Shown here piece after piece: positions 1-13,940 of a stretch of DNA of 64,000 nt. The translations under genes and the position numbers were made by a program. Origin of the DNA: Octopus sinensis (Eukaryota); the NCBI RefSeq assembly GCF_006345805.1, contig NC_043005.1, forward strand, positions 95,046,001-95,110,000. Direction: 5' to 3'. Below the pieces are notes generated by a model. That model had not been told where the DNA came from and did not search any database. It saw nothing but the letters and a program-made list of their open reading frames with translations. How positions within the stretch are numbered: position 1 is the first letter of the stretch; the number at the start of each line of letters is the position of its first letter.

Positions 1-171
1 ATAGAAGTGTACATTTCGTTTGCATTTGAAGTGTTTACAATCGCGATTTAAAACTTGTCTTGTGGGGTATTTATGAATTTAAGGAGGAAATTGTTTCTAA
101 CAATTGTTGAACAGTTATTTATCGTTATTCCGGCTGTTTTTGCTCGATTCAATTTCCTAAATTTTGGTTTC

Positions 172-393
172 AACCCTTTAGCATTTAAAATAATCATACT
201 TGTCCCAAATATTCTATTCGTTTTATGCTCAAACTGGTCAGATTTGGCCCCTCTTACCTACCCTACCATGTCATTCTAAAAATAAACAATCATATTACTG
301 AAATCTCGAAGCTACGAAATAATGCGTGATTAATACAAAACAATATGAATAAATAAGCATTAGGATTTGACAGAGAAATCTGAATGTTAAAGG
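172..393. mobile_element. MITE-like non-autonomous DNA element
   Basis: Imperfect terminal inverted repeat (aaccctttagcattta ... tgaatgttaaagga). The internal sequence (cccaaatattct...attctaaaaataaacaa...ctgaaatct.gaagctac) recurs diverged at ~60560-60720. Confidence 0.45.
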
Positions 394-415
394 ATGTGAA
401 CGTTAGAATGTTATA

Positions 416-592
416 AGGCAGCAAACGGGCAGAATCGTTATTGCCGATTTTACGTTCTGAGTTCAAATTCCGCCGAGGTCGTCTTGCCTTTCGACGTCAA
501 TAAAATAAGTACCAGTTGAACACTGAGGTCGATTTAACTGACAACGACCCTTCCGCATATTTCAGGCCATGTGCCTATAGTAGATGGTCGTA
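416..592 (+). mobile_element. tRNA-derived CORE-type SINE (family A), degenerate
   Basis: B-box GAGTTCAAATTCC followed by the core gccttt...aaaataagtaccag shared with many copies in the window. Confidence 0.6.
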
Positions 593-889
593 TTAGGATG
601 TTGCTGTTTTGCTATAAGTTGTGTTGTGAGCAAAATTACATTTTTCGTATCACATATGAGCGGATCAAGCGTGTGAAATGACAAGGGAAGTAATACGGAA
701 AATTATCAAGCAATATTGCTTTGGATCTATTTTCGATGTGAACGATCCCGTCGCCAGCGATCTCGGGAAGACCCGTAAAGTATAATTAGTGTTTTTTTCG
801 TATTTTTTCTTGTTTCCTTTTTGTTTGAGAAAATGTGTTGAGCCTGTTGTGAGTATGTTTCTGTCTATGTGTGCGTAAGTATGAGTGTA

Positions 890-920
<31 letters not shown>

Positions 921-1342
921 ACGTGAGTGAGTGTAAGAGACAGAGTGAGTTATAATTAAAACTATGCCATGATTTACCTGCTGTAAAATGATCGTATGCA
1001 TTTAATGATATAGTTTCACATACGAACACACTCACATGCATATGTGTACGCATACATACATACATACATACATACATACATACATACATACATACAAACA
1101 TACATACATGCATGCATGCATGCATACATACACACACACACACATACACACAAATACATACATACATATTCTGATATGTGTCAGCATATAGAAGGATTGC
1201 CGTTTAATCCCAAGATTAAAGAGACCAGTCGCACAAAAAAGAGCTAAATACGTTTTAGTACGTAGACTATATTTATTTATATTTTAAATATAAACCCCAC
1301 TACGATGCCAACATCTCAAATGTCTCCATCTATTTCAGGTGC

Positions 1343-1374
<32 letters not shown>

Positions 1375-1490
1375 ATATGCCTGCACCCGAGGAAAGTCGT
1401 GAGACTTGAAACGTTAGTCCCCCACCCACCCAGCGTAGGGTTTACATTATTTAAACTAAAAATGTATGTTTAGATAAAAAGAGAGAAAGA

Positions 1491-1615
<125 letters not shown>

Positions 1616-1616
1616 T

Positions 1617-1830
1617 GTTTCTTTATTGGCCACACAGGGCTGAACACAGAGGGGACAAAATACAAAGTAGAGCTTTTCTTTCTCACAGAAATGTCATAAT
1701 GTAAAAGGGGAAATAGATTAGGTCTATTCGTCGAAAGAAAAGCCTACGGAAAAGATAGATAAATAGATTGATCCACGAACCCATAGAAATAATCCTACAT
1801 GTCCATCTCTAATATTCTATTGTAATTTTA
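1617..1830 (-). mobile_element. Retroelement 3' end carrying the shared ttgtcccctct...aataaagaaa tail
   Basis: The minus strand ends ttgtcccctctgtgttcagccctgtgtggccaataaagaaa, the family A SINE tail, but the upstream body is not the SINE body. Confidence 0.5.
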
Positions 1831-1851
1831 GTAATCTTTCTCATCTTTCTC

Positions 1852-1897
<46 letters not shown>

Positions 1898-1974
1898 TAC
1901 TTTCCTCTGATTTAGTTCCAATCTATCTCCAACTGTTCCTCTACTTCACCTCTCCGCACACACACACACACACA

Positions 1975-2013
<39 letters not shown>

Positions 2014-2102
2014 CAGATTTCTTGGTTCTTCAGTTTTCCTGGACTTCCTTTCCCTCTCTTTCTCTCTCTCTGTCTCACCCGCATCCACACACACACACAC
2101 AC

Positions 2103-2150
<48 letters not shown>

Positions 2151-3173
2151 GCATGCACACTTTCACTTCGTCTCTCATCCTCTCTTTTTTCACTCTCATC
2201 ATCTCTCTCTCTCTCCCTCTTTCTCCCAACCTCATCACCTTTTCCTCCTCTCTTCTGTCAATTTCTTCTTCTTTCATCTCTTCCAACACTCCACCACCAC
2301 CTCTACCACATTCACCCCAATCGCCAGCACCAACCCCTTCTTTCCGTTCCCTGTTTTGATTTCACACATATTTCTTCCATGCCAACACCATTTCCTATAA
2401 AACCCACATTCTATCATTCCAAATACCTTCCTTTACACAATTTCCTCTTTCATTCTTCTAACCCTTTCCTTTTCCTCATTCCTTACTCTCGTGATCTTTT
2501 TCTGTTCGTTTTTACCCATTCTTTGATCGTTGTGTGTGTTTGTGTGCGTTTGTTTGTTTTTGTTTGTTTTTTGTGGGCTTTTCCAGGGTTTTGTTTTAAA
2601 ACCAAATATATAAACCCCTAAATAGAGATTATTGGCAACAAAAGATTAACTGGTAAATAAGCTTTAATCTAAACAATTTCTTTTACTCCTATTGAACAGA
2701 CCCATAATTATGATCAACGACATTCCAATCGTAACCTACCCATCTCATTATATTTCAAACATAGTTCATCTTGGATTACATTAAGTAATGATCAGCAACG
2801 AAAGATTAACTTACAAATAAGCTGTCATGAAAACGTTGTTGTTGCTGTTGTCGCCTGTGAATCAGCCTCAGTTCTTCTGTTCTATAATTTAACAGGCTTT
2901 AGACTCAAAGACTTAACACCTGTCTTATTTCCCCATCTTATTTTCTTTCAACCAGACAATATCTAGGATTAAGATTACATTATCCGAAGTCCCCATTGTA
3001 TTTTTTTAAAAAACAAAATCAGTGTGGCGTGATTTGGAAAGGGGATTGGCAGCTATTTCTAACGAAGAGAGAGATTCCTTCGTTGGTTCGATGTAAATTC
3101 TCGCTTATTCGTAAGCAGTTAAGATTAGATGGTTACAGCAAATATTACACACGCACACACACACACACACACA

Positions 3174-3356
3174 TTGTATTTCGGTGTGGTCGTTTGATTT
3201 GTTTGTTTCGGTTTTTTCGCCAAATAAACACACGCACTATTATTGAATTTGAATCAAACTGTTTTGATCCACACACACACACATATTTTTCACAATTAGT
3301 GCGTGTGTTTATTTGACAAAAAAACCAAAAAAAAAAACCAGAGTCCCGAAATACAA
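3174..3356. mobile_element. Foldback/MITE element
   Basis: Outer 11-bp inverted repeat ttgtatttcgg/ccgaaatacaa plus inner 30-bp inverted arms (~3209-3238 vs ~3297-3326, 28/30 identical). Confidence 0.55.
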
Positions 3357-3469
3357 CAATATCTATTTCAATACACGGTTTCACATCAGGGATCTTGCGA
3401 AGAAAACCCATAAACAGTTCAATATCTAAGAGATGAGGAATTATGTACATTATTTACATTATTTATAGT

Positions 3470-3640
3470 TGACGGATATTTCGGCTGATGTACCCTCCAG
3501 CCTTCATCAGGTGTCTAGGGGAAATTTCGACACATGATGAAGGCTGGAGGGTATATCAGCTGAAACATTGTGTTAACAACAAACAAGATGAGGACAAATA
3601 TCCGTCAAATGTAAATAATGTAAATCCATAAACGTTTTAA
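3470..3640. mobile_element. Penelope-like pseudo-LTR inverted junction with two defective minimal hammerhead cores
   Basis: 37-bp inverted arms (3479-3515 and 3529-3565), each containing a CTGATGA-A-GGCTG...CAGCC-GAAA-like core. Confidence 0.6.
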
Positions 3641-3679
3641 ATATATATATATATATATTTAAATACAAATATATATATA

Positions 3680-3850
3680 TTTAAATACAAAATCGGACAA
3701 GAACGCAAAACATCCGGACAACTAAGTGATACAAAAAAGGGACAACAAAACGCCCTGATAGACGATACAAAAAAACAAGGACGGGTCATTCGAAGCTTTA
3801 TATCCTCAGTCAAGAACCGGATCATCCTCGCAATTTCGGCTGATTTCCAC
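3680..3850 (-). repeat. Dispersed repeat; second copy on + at ~52880-53045
   Basis: The reverse complement aligns with 52880-53045 (cagccgaaattg.gaggatgatcc.gttcttgactga.gata...cttcgaatgacccgtccttgttttttgtatcgtctatc). Confidence 0.6.
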
Positions 3851-4210
3851 TAATGCATCTAAATACTTTTTGGACATAAACATTTCTTATATACATCTGT
3901 ATTGACTTTCTCAGAGTAGATGTTGTTCCCCATATATGTACAAATGTAATACTTTCCCAAATAAATTGTACTTCATATTCGAGGCTCCAATGGAGCTATA
4001 AGGTCTTACTCAGGCACTCAACTATAAGTCCACTGCATCTTATAGCAGATACAGTGGTAAGGTAATGAAGTTCATAAGATAATCATTTAATTCATTGTCA
4101 TCTTTCTTTGTTATCACCGCTCTATGCTCAGCCAACTATTCGTTCTGAAATATACGTATATTGAATTCTACACCAGATCCTAGGTCTTGCATTGCCTAAG
4201 CGAAATATCA

Positions 4211-4307
<97 letters not shown>

Positions 4308-5449
4308 GACAGAGAGACAGACAGACAGACAGACAGACCATATATATATACGTATATTTTTGTTATGTTTATCTCACACCACTGCTAGACAACCGGTGCT
4401 GGTTTGTTTGTTCTCCCCGTAACAAAGCGGTTTGGTAAAAATAAAAAGAAAAATTATTGACAGAATTAGTACTGGGGTCGATTTGTTCGACTAGGTATTG
4501 CCCCAGCATAACTGCAATCCAATGACTGCAACAAGCAATAAATATGTAATACGACGTGGACACAAGGGAGAGTAACTGTGTGTTGACGAAATGTGTTTTG
4601 TACCCAGGTAGTTCCAGGTTCTGCTTCCTAGAAAGCTGGCTGATAAAACGATTTAAAGACCATGTAGTTTCAATGTGAAAATAATTCACTGGTTAAAGCA
4701 ATTTAGAATAATAACAGCGGAAAATTTCCCACGGATGCCTTCTGCATGAAGAACATGTAAGTACAGGTTGTTATATGTAATAGTTTTTAATTTATCAAAA
4801 TCGTAATTGAGTTCGTTAGCGTTAACAAATGTACTGTTAATGAACATTACACTGAGAGGAAAAAAAATGAAAGGGAGAAAACTCGTAGAATTTCAATTGA
4901 CTAAAATTAAGAATTAGGGTGGGAATAATATGTGTATGTATAAGTTATTTTATTCTTTGTGTTTAGATTCTTAAAATGTCTTCCACTTCCTTATTTCTTT
5001 ATTTTACTTACCTTTTATCTCTTTTCCACATTACCCCCTCTTTCCCTCTCTCTAATTCTCTCCGCCGCCCTTTTCACTCCAGCTTCCCCCAATCTCACCC
5101 TCATTTGCTGTGAAGTTCATACCTACATACATGGTACCATGAAATTAGGCTTGCTTTCCCCACGAACCACTTCCATCCGTACATGTAACACGATAGCTTC
5201 AGATAGAGCGTTTGCTGCTAGGCCCTGCGTGTGATAATGTCAAAACTGAGGACTCTTTGGTCGGAAGTATGATCATTCAGGGGTCATCAGTAGCTAGATG
5301 ATGGGATGGGGTGGGGCGGAAGGGCGTCCAATAGATATAGGTCTTATTGACGTTGATGTACGTAAATATCGTTAGTTTGACCTCTGGATTGACTTAGGAC
5401 TGAGATAGGAAGGACAAGCAAGTAAGAGCTTCTGCTCACGCGGTTGTTG

Positions 5450-5493
<44 letters not shown>

Positions 5494-5940
5494 CTGTGTA
5501 TGTGTCTGTGTGTGTGTATGTGTATGTGTCTGTGTGTGTAAGTGTGTTTTCATGTGTGCGTGTGTATGTGTGTTCATGTATGTCTGTGTTCATGTGCGTG
5601 TGTGTGCAGGTGTGTTCATGTATGTGGGTGTACATGTGTGTGTGTGTGTGTAAGTGAGTGTTCATGTGTGCATGTGTATGTGTGTTCATGTATGTCTGTG
5701 TTCATGTGTGTGTGTGCATATGTGTTCATGTATGTGGGTGTACATGTGTGTGTGTTCATGTGTGCGTGTGTATGTATGTGTGTTCATGTATGTGTATGTT
5801 CATGCATGTATGTGTACATGTGTGTGTATGTGTGTGTTCATGTGTGTGTGTGCATGTATGTTCATGTATGTGGGTGTACATGTGTGTGTGTGCGTTCACG
5901 CATGTGTATGTATGTAAGTATATATGTATGCGTGTGTGTG
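5450..5940. repeat. Compound (TG)n-derived satellite with a recurrent gtgtgttcatgt unit
   Basis: Seen directly. It accounts for the Cys/Val/Met-rich ORFs at 5344-6011. Confidence 0.9.
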
Positions 5941-6646
5941 TGATCCGGTATAACACTGGTCAACGATCAGTCAGATGTCCTTGCTTTCACAACAAAAATG
6001 CAACCCAGTGACCACACAATAAACACTCAGCTACGCAGAATGCCTTAGCAATTGCTTGCGTTTACCTGATTGTGCTGCGAGCACTAGCATAGCTAGAGTG
6101 TGTGTTGCTCGGGGCTGCCCTTCCGTTTGCCACCCCCGGACCCCTCAAAAATCACATATGCCTACAGCAATAGCTTACGACAGGATGAAATGCGCTACCT
6201 CTTTAAAAGTGCCGCCCGGGCCGGGCTGCCCCTACTGCTCCCGCGAGATGCGTGTTTTTTTTTTAATGCGGATTTACGTACTCATACCTATCAACATGTC
6301 TTAAGTGAACGGAAAAGAATACGAAAGCACCTGGGCCTGGCAAATGATGCAGACGAATGTATTCTCTTCATGAAAAGGTTAAGATGACCAAGAAAATACA
6401 TAAAGACCACCAAACTCGATGCCCGCGTACCTGTGGGCATCGAGTTCGGTGTCAATGAATTTCCCATTCGTTCCATTTACAAAGTGCATGCAGATGATTT
6501 ATTTATCGCTGATTCTTTTATCACTGTGCTTTTGTTTTTGGAACCAAACCCCTGCACCGCAATAAATGAGGATGATGTATGTAGATGTAGGTTGTGTGTG
6601 TGTGTATGTGTGTGTGTGTATGTAGGCATGTATGTATATATGTATG

Positions 6647-6725
<79 letters not shown>

Positions 6726-7347
6726 ATACACACATACAATCTCTCGCTCAAATGTACACACAATTTTTATCATTATTATCATAGACCATCGAAAAAGATT
6801 GGCCCGCTGTATTTCTTCCGGCTCTTTACATTCTGCCATCAAATCTCGCTGAAATCAACTTCGTCTTTCATCCCTCCGGGGTCGATGTCATCGATTAATC
6901 TCCTCCCAACAAAATCGCTGGACTACCTACCAAAATAAGAAACTAATAATGGCGGCGCGCTTTTAGAACTGTTACTGCGTCAGTATTAAGTATGTGGAAG
7001 GGGGACGTATATATGTATATAGGAATATATTAATAAACCTGTGGTGCAGAGCTATACAGAGGTAAGCCAAAACGCGTAAATACAGTGTAAAATAAATGGT
7101 TAGAATACCCAGTTGTCTATTAATTTCATATTAGAGAATATGATAGCAAATATAAATTAAGAAAGACTAAGTATCGTTACTCTCTTTCTCTCTCATTACC
7201 CGTGCCTCTCTTCCCTTTCTGTTCTACTTTCTTATGGACAATTGTTGAATTTTACGCCGTTTGATATCGAACAAGATGTCTCATTCTGAACTAGATTTCA
7301 GCTTGCGTAAAGTACACCAACCGTTTTGGTGCGAGCGGAGGCAGATC

Positions 7348-7417
7348 GGGCGGGCCAATCGCCACTCATAAATATCAATTTGGAACATTCGGAAAATGGA
7401 TTTAATCCCAAGTAAAG
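7348..7417 (+). promoter_or_regulatory. Candidate Pol II promoter and first exon (GC box, CCAAT, TATA-like, splice donor)
   Basis: GGGCGG 7348-7353, CCAAT 7355-7359, CATAAATA 7367-7374, ATG 7396 and GTAAAG 7412, in a locally CpG-rich patch. Motif co-occurrence only. Confidence 0.3.
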
Positions 7418-7758
7418 CACACAAAATAAAAAGAGATTATATATGTACACACTCACTCCCTCATTCACACATACATATATATATGCGCGTGCGCGTTTTT
7501 ATACATATACACATACATATACACACACACATGATGCATTTATGTACGAAGAACTATAACTACGTACATTGGCAGCACATGTACATTTTACGTAAGCTCT
7601 CTACTTAACACAACTTATCAAGCAATTCTACATTATTTGGTGACCTTTCGACGAGGCAGCGTTTCTTGGAATCAATTTGATTCAGGAATGCTTCACAATT
7701 ATCTCCTCCCATCTTCCCTCTCTCTCGACATATGTATATATCTATATCTATCTATCTA

Positions 7759-7810
<52 letters not shown>

Positions 7811-7983
7811 CGAATGTGTGTGTGTGACACATTTTCTCTCCCCCATCTACCCAATGATCTGATGTCTACTTGTTTTACTCTTCCTCTTTTCTCACCTCTC
7901 TCTCAGTATATTTCGTTCCTTTCATTGCTCTCCTCAAAGCTCATCTTCTCTCTATTTAGTTTTCATTCACATTTTTCACCGAC

Positions 7984-8050
<67 letters not shown>

Positions 8051-8052
<2 letters not shown>

Positions 8053-8178
8053 GATGGCCTTCTTTCAGTTTCCGTCTATCAAATCCACTCACAAGGCTTT
8101 GGTCCCACGCAATGGAACTGAACCCGAGACCACGTGGTTGGTAAGCAAGCTATTTACCACACAGCCACTCCTGCGCCT
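8051..8178 (-). mobile_element. tRNA-derived SINE (family B)
   Basis: Head aggcgcaggagtggctgtgtggtaa...gggttcagttcc and tail ...gaaactgaaagaag.c..tcgt(ata)n. Related copies at ~15460-15622, 37152-37295, 53990-54135, 57370-57495 and 59740-59830. Confidence 0.7.
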
Positions 8179-8272
8179 ATATATATATATATATTTCTCT
8201 CCTGCTCCCCATTTCACTCCCTTCTGCTCTCTCCCTCTCTCTCTTTCTCTCTCTCTATCTTTCTTTCTTTCT

Positions 8273-8307
<35 letters not shown>

Positions 8308-9538
8308 TGTTTCTCCACCCTCTCTCTCTTGCCATCTCTAACACTCATGCAACGACCTTCACACTAACACACACACACAACACACACACAGGCATATACA
8401 CAAACAAATACTTCCGTTTTTTTTCTTCACAGGCTTGCATTTTTATCAGCATCACCTCTCTCCCCAGCTGTTTCCCTTTCTATGTGCACACACACACACA
8501 CACATACAAACCATACACACACACACACACACACATACGGATGTGTGTGCGTGTGTGTGTTTGCGTTCCTTGGGCAGCCTTCGACGTTTTCTATCAAAAG
8601 GGTTTTTAAATCTAATATCTACATGTTATTATTTATAGCTTTATTTACTACGAGTTCTACCCTTGAAAACCATACGTGTGTGTGTGTGTGTGTGTCTGTC
8701 TGTCTGTCTGTGTGCCTGTGTGTGTGTGTGTCTGCGTGTGTGTGTGTCTGTCTGTCTGTGTGAGTGTAATAGAGAGAGACATACAGACAGACAAACAAAC
8801 ATAACCTAACACACGCACACATTATTTCATGTCCGAAGTTTCCAAGTTCTTTTGATGTATACAATATAGCAATACATACATATATACACACACTCACACA
8901 TACATACACATATATAATATACTCACACACATACACACACACACATATACGAGCATACATACATACATACATAAATACTATATATATGCATTCATAAACA
9001 CGCACACATATACATTCTGATAATAATTTTATTGACAGTCACTTCTGTTTGACAGTGGCTTTATTGACAACCCACTGTCATTAAAATCATTACCTTAACT
9101 CAGTCAATGTTCGCTGTTTCGTGCATATAAACGCACACACACTACACACCACACATAAACACATCAGGGAGAGAGAGAGAGAGAGAGAGAGAGATAAGAG
9201 GACAGACGCAGGAATAGGTGAGTGGTTAAGATGCCCACTTCACAATCATGAGATCCTGGGTTCATTTGTCACATGGTACCTTGAAGGTTTCTTTTTCTTT
9301 TTATCACGGCTTCAGTCAACCCAATCGTATAATTTGGGGAAACGGAGACTGTGCTGAAGCTTGTCGGATGGATTCTACCAGTAATTCAAAGCTCCATCCT
9401 TTACTCACTGGTATCTATCACGTCCACTCTGCACGATAACTAATTTCAATATACATGTGTCTGCAGGATATTCATAGATAGATAGATAGATAGATAGAAT
9501 GGATAGATAGATAGGTAGATATATAAATAGATAGATAA

Positions 9539-9611
<73 letters not shown>

Positions 9612-10317
9612 CAGACATACAGGCTGACAGATAGATAGATAGATAGATAGATACATACATACATACATACATACATACATACATACATACATACGTACGT
9701 ACGTACGTACGTTCGTACGCATGCATGTATGTATCTGTGCCTATCTTTTTGTAACCGATTGTCTTTTAAAAGGTTACATAGCCCCTTTCTTCATGAGAGT
9801 TTTCCTGGCACAAAAGTCACAGCTTTCCTGATAGTTCCAAATGTGTGTTGGTAGGGATGTGTGTGTATGCTTATTAATAGTGTCACCTGTTTGAGTGTGC
9901 TCTTCTTGTATGTCGAGGTTTATGTATACATTTCAGAGAAATAACATGCGTGTGTGCTTTATGTATTTGCATAAATAACTCCTTTTTTTATATATATATG
10001 AATGCATGCATGCATGTATGTATGTATGTATGTATGTATGTATGTATGTATGTATGTATGTACAAACTACATACTCGTATGTGTGTGTATGCATGTAACG
10101 AAGTATTCTCTTATACAAATACACACACACACACAATACACATATAATTATGTATGTGCGCGCGCATGTGAGTGTCTATATATATATTCACGTGTTATGT
10201 GTGTGCATATGTGAAATATGTGTCTGTGGGGAATGTTCGTGGCTCTATGTACTTTTATGTATTTGTGTTAATGACGTAGAATTAGTGATATTTAGGATAG
10301 ATAGATAGATAGATAGC

Positions 10318-10373
<56 letters not shown>

Positions 10374-10987
10374 ATGTTTGTGGAGTCCCACGTGTTGTTC
10401 TTACCATCAAAATTACAACAGTCTACATCAACAGATTTCAACATATTTATTTTTCCCACGGCACACTCAATAATCACTATCATTTCGTTTTTAACCCCCA
10501 ATGTACCTGCGCGGCACTTCGAGCTAGTGTCATATACTAAAGACCAGGGCCAACTAATACCTTGTGAGTCAATTTTGTTGACGGAAATCGTACGGAATCC
10601 TCCTTTTTATAGTATGAGTGTATTTGTCTCTCACCGCTTGAGAACCGGTTTTTCTTTCTTTAGTGGTTTGGCAAAAAAAAGGGGGGGGGCGAGAGAATAA
10701 AGTACCAGACTTAAATTGCTGGGGTTGATTTAATCGAGTAAAATCGCACAGTGCCCCATTGTAGCTGCTGTCCAATGAGTGAAATAAATAAAATAAGAAA
10801 AATATAAAAGAATATACAGAAAACATGTATGAAAATCATTTTAACACGCGTACATTGCATTTGACGCAAATGAATGCCCATGCTGTGTAAATAAAGTACT
10901 GGGCTTCAAAGGGAAGTAAGTACTGGGGGTCGATAAGGTCGACTAAAAATTCCCCAAGGCGGTGCCCCTGCACGACCACAGTCTAAG

Positions 10988-11060
<73 letters not shown>

Positions 11061-11062
<2 letters not shown>

Positions 11063-11601
11063 GATGCAGTACCAGGCAGTGGCTCTCCTGGCTTCTGATC
11101 TTAACTGATTGGAAGTGTTACCATGTACATTGTTTTGTCTTGGTATAAAAGATGGCTACAGCAAATATTCTGCTCAATACCCATAGATTTGCTTGTCAGT
11201 TGTTTGACCATAACCAGTTGAGCATGTCCCTTAGTGGCTGACGATATGTGCATCTCTGATCACGAGCAGAAGTAGTTGGGAGCATCATAGCCATGTGTTG
11301 AGAGGGATTCTTTGGGGTTTGAATAGTTCACCTCTGGAAACATGGGTGGTTCTTTCAACATCCTTAAACAACCCTTATTCAGGGACCGTTTGAGCAGGAT
11401 GGGCTGAAGAAAATTCTAACTGGGCCCCACCTGCAAGGTCATGTGCTGTTTATCTTGATATGAGATTACCATGTCGCGCACATATGGTTGTGATGCATGT
11501 GCCTGGTGTACCTTTATCAGACGGGTAGTCATGATGGGTATATTGGGCTTCGTATATTTTACCCCAGTGTCACTTTGATGGCATGAACTGCTCTCTCACT
11601 C
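11061..11601. mobile_element. Non-autonomous repeat embedded between (TAA)n tracts
   Basis: A ~540-bp unique body is bounded by (AAT)n at 10988-11060 and 11602-11620. Confidence 0.5.
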
Positions 11602-11619
11602 AATAATAATAATAATAAT

Positions 11620-12430
11620 ATCAGGCCGATTGGTGTTTATAGTGCAGTTAATGTGGACTGTAAAATCTCGTAAAATAGTTTCGTCTTTTGCTTCGATAAC
11701 TAGTCGGTGTTGGGTGGGGGTCTTGGTTCTTATCAGTTCTTATCAGTTTTTAGCATGTCCTGCATCATAACGTTTGCACGGGCTTCGTCATGGTTGAACA
11801 CACTGAAACTGCATGCTCTATTGTATCAATTTGTTTGTCACACAGACTGCATCTTGGCGCTGTTGCATTTTTGAGGATGTTTGCTTGGTAGTTTCTAGTA
11901 AAGAAGCTCTGATCCTTAAGAGCAAGGAAAAATCATTGCGTTTCCAAGTTTCGCAGCCACTGATGCGTTTCTTGTTGATCAACATTAGTGCCTTGGTGCG
12001 AAGTAGGTATTGGCCGAGCAGAGATTCTTGTTGCCCTATGTCTTAAAGGATTTTAAACCTCTGCTCCACCACCAAGATTATGCTTTAATTCTGTTGATTC
12101 TAGCGGCTTTGGTTTGTAGTGGGTTAGCTTCATTTGTAATTTCTATGTTATTGCTTCCTGCTTTTCTGTATTTCTCTCATTACGGAGTGAAATCTCTTGT
12201 TTTTGAGGATTTTTTTTATCGACATCCAATCTCTGGTCTTATTTAAATATTTTAGCAGGTCAATCGTGGCTGTTTTATAGAGTAATTCAAGTTGGATGAG
12301 TTCTCTTCTAACTCCTTTTCTCGACAGGTTGATGTTTGCTTTAGCGTGGTGCATTTTGGTGGCAGTGAGAAGTTTCCGTGTTTTTTCCATTTATCTTCTG
12401 AAGGTCACATAAGTTCTAGTTGATGACATT
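11620..12430 (-). mobile_element. R4/Dong-clade (RLE) non-LTR retrotransposon fragment, degenerate
   Basis: Frameshifted translation gives KTRKLLTATKMHHAKA...ELIQLELLYKTATIDLLKYL, then HGQYLLRT, and ends ETILRDFTVHINCTINTNRPD (the RPD catalytic motif of the restriction-like endonuclease). Confidence 0.7.
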
Positions 12431-13281
12431 GAAACTGGTTGAGTGAGGGGCTTGCTGCCGCTTTTCGTGGAAAAACAGATACGCTACGGGATGTACAATA
12501 CATCACAAAACAGAAAAAAGGAAAGAAATGACAAATATTATTTCATTAGTCGTATTGTTATTTTTGTTAATCCCCAGATGAACTCTGGAATGAATAAGAA
12601 TATGATGAAAGGTTTTCCAGCTGTGACCATCCCATCTCAATAAATTCATACAGGACTACATTACTAATGCGCTTTTGTTTTTATTTTTATTTAAGACGAT
12701 TTAGCTGCTGTGATAACAGTTCGTGATGTCACACTTGCCATTGTCATAGAAATGCCATATAATTGCAAAAGCTGGAGAAATAGAGAAAGGGTGTGTAATT
12801 GTCGGTGCTAAATGTTAAATATCCCCGATTAAACATAATTCCGGCTCTCCAATAAAACATTATAAATCTTTTCATTTCTTTTTCACCTTGTTTTAGCTTA
12901 TATTTTTTGGTATCGCTGTGGTTGCTGCTGTTTTGTTTTTAAGGGAAGGGCAGTTGTTACTACTAACTATTGCCGTTCTAGTTGTTGGTGATGTTTGTTG
13001 TTGCTTCTTGCGGTTGATGTTGTTGTAGATAATAAAGGTAGTATTAATGGTGGCGGTGGTGGTGGTGGTGGTGTTGACTTCGGTAAATGGTGTGATTTGC
13101 GTTCAGCCAATGGCAAACGACATCCTTGGTTGAAATTTGTCTGTAAATACTGGTTAAATTGTTTATTTGGAGACATGGTAGCGTGATTGATGTTATGTTT
13201 GTGTTTGTTTAATCGTTATTAAGGAGGGAAAGAGACAGAGGGGGGAGGAGGAAGAGGAGGAGGTAAGCAGGCAGACAGACA

Positions 13282-13313
<32 letters not shown>

Positions 13314-13554
13314 AAAAAAGAAGGAAAGAAAGAGAAACTATATTTGTTTATGCCCCATTATTCAACTAAAAGCAAAAATAAAAAATCTGTTACTGCTTGT
13401 GTTTCATTTGAATTCCGAGACAAATCATTCAATTTATTCTGGAACAGAAACTTTCGTTAGCATTCTTCAATATGCCACAAAGCATATTTCTCACACACGA
13501 AACGATTGTGTCTTATCTGCGCACGAAACCAACCTGTCGTTCAACAGCACACAC

Positions 13555-13596
<42 letters not shown>

Positions 13597-13898
13597 AAAT
13601 GTTGACATGAGAGTAACGCTCAACTCCTCACTCTCTCTTCTTCAATCTCTCTCTTTCACCCCCACTCTCATCGCCTTTCTCTCTCATCCCCACTTTCGCA
13701 TCCTCTCTCTCTCTCTCTCTCCCTATCACTCTCTCTCCCCCTCTCCCTCTCTTTCTTGGCCTATATATATGTTTGTAAGTACGTTTGCGCATGTGTGTGG
13801 ATGCGTGGATGCCTATGTGTGCATATATGCATAAGTGTGTATGTTATATGTGTATGTGTGTGTGCATGTGTGTGTGTTTGTGTGCGCGTGTGTGTGTG

Positions 13899-13937
<39 letters not shown>

Positions 13938-13940
13938 ATA

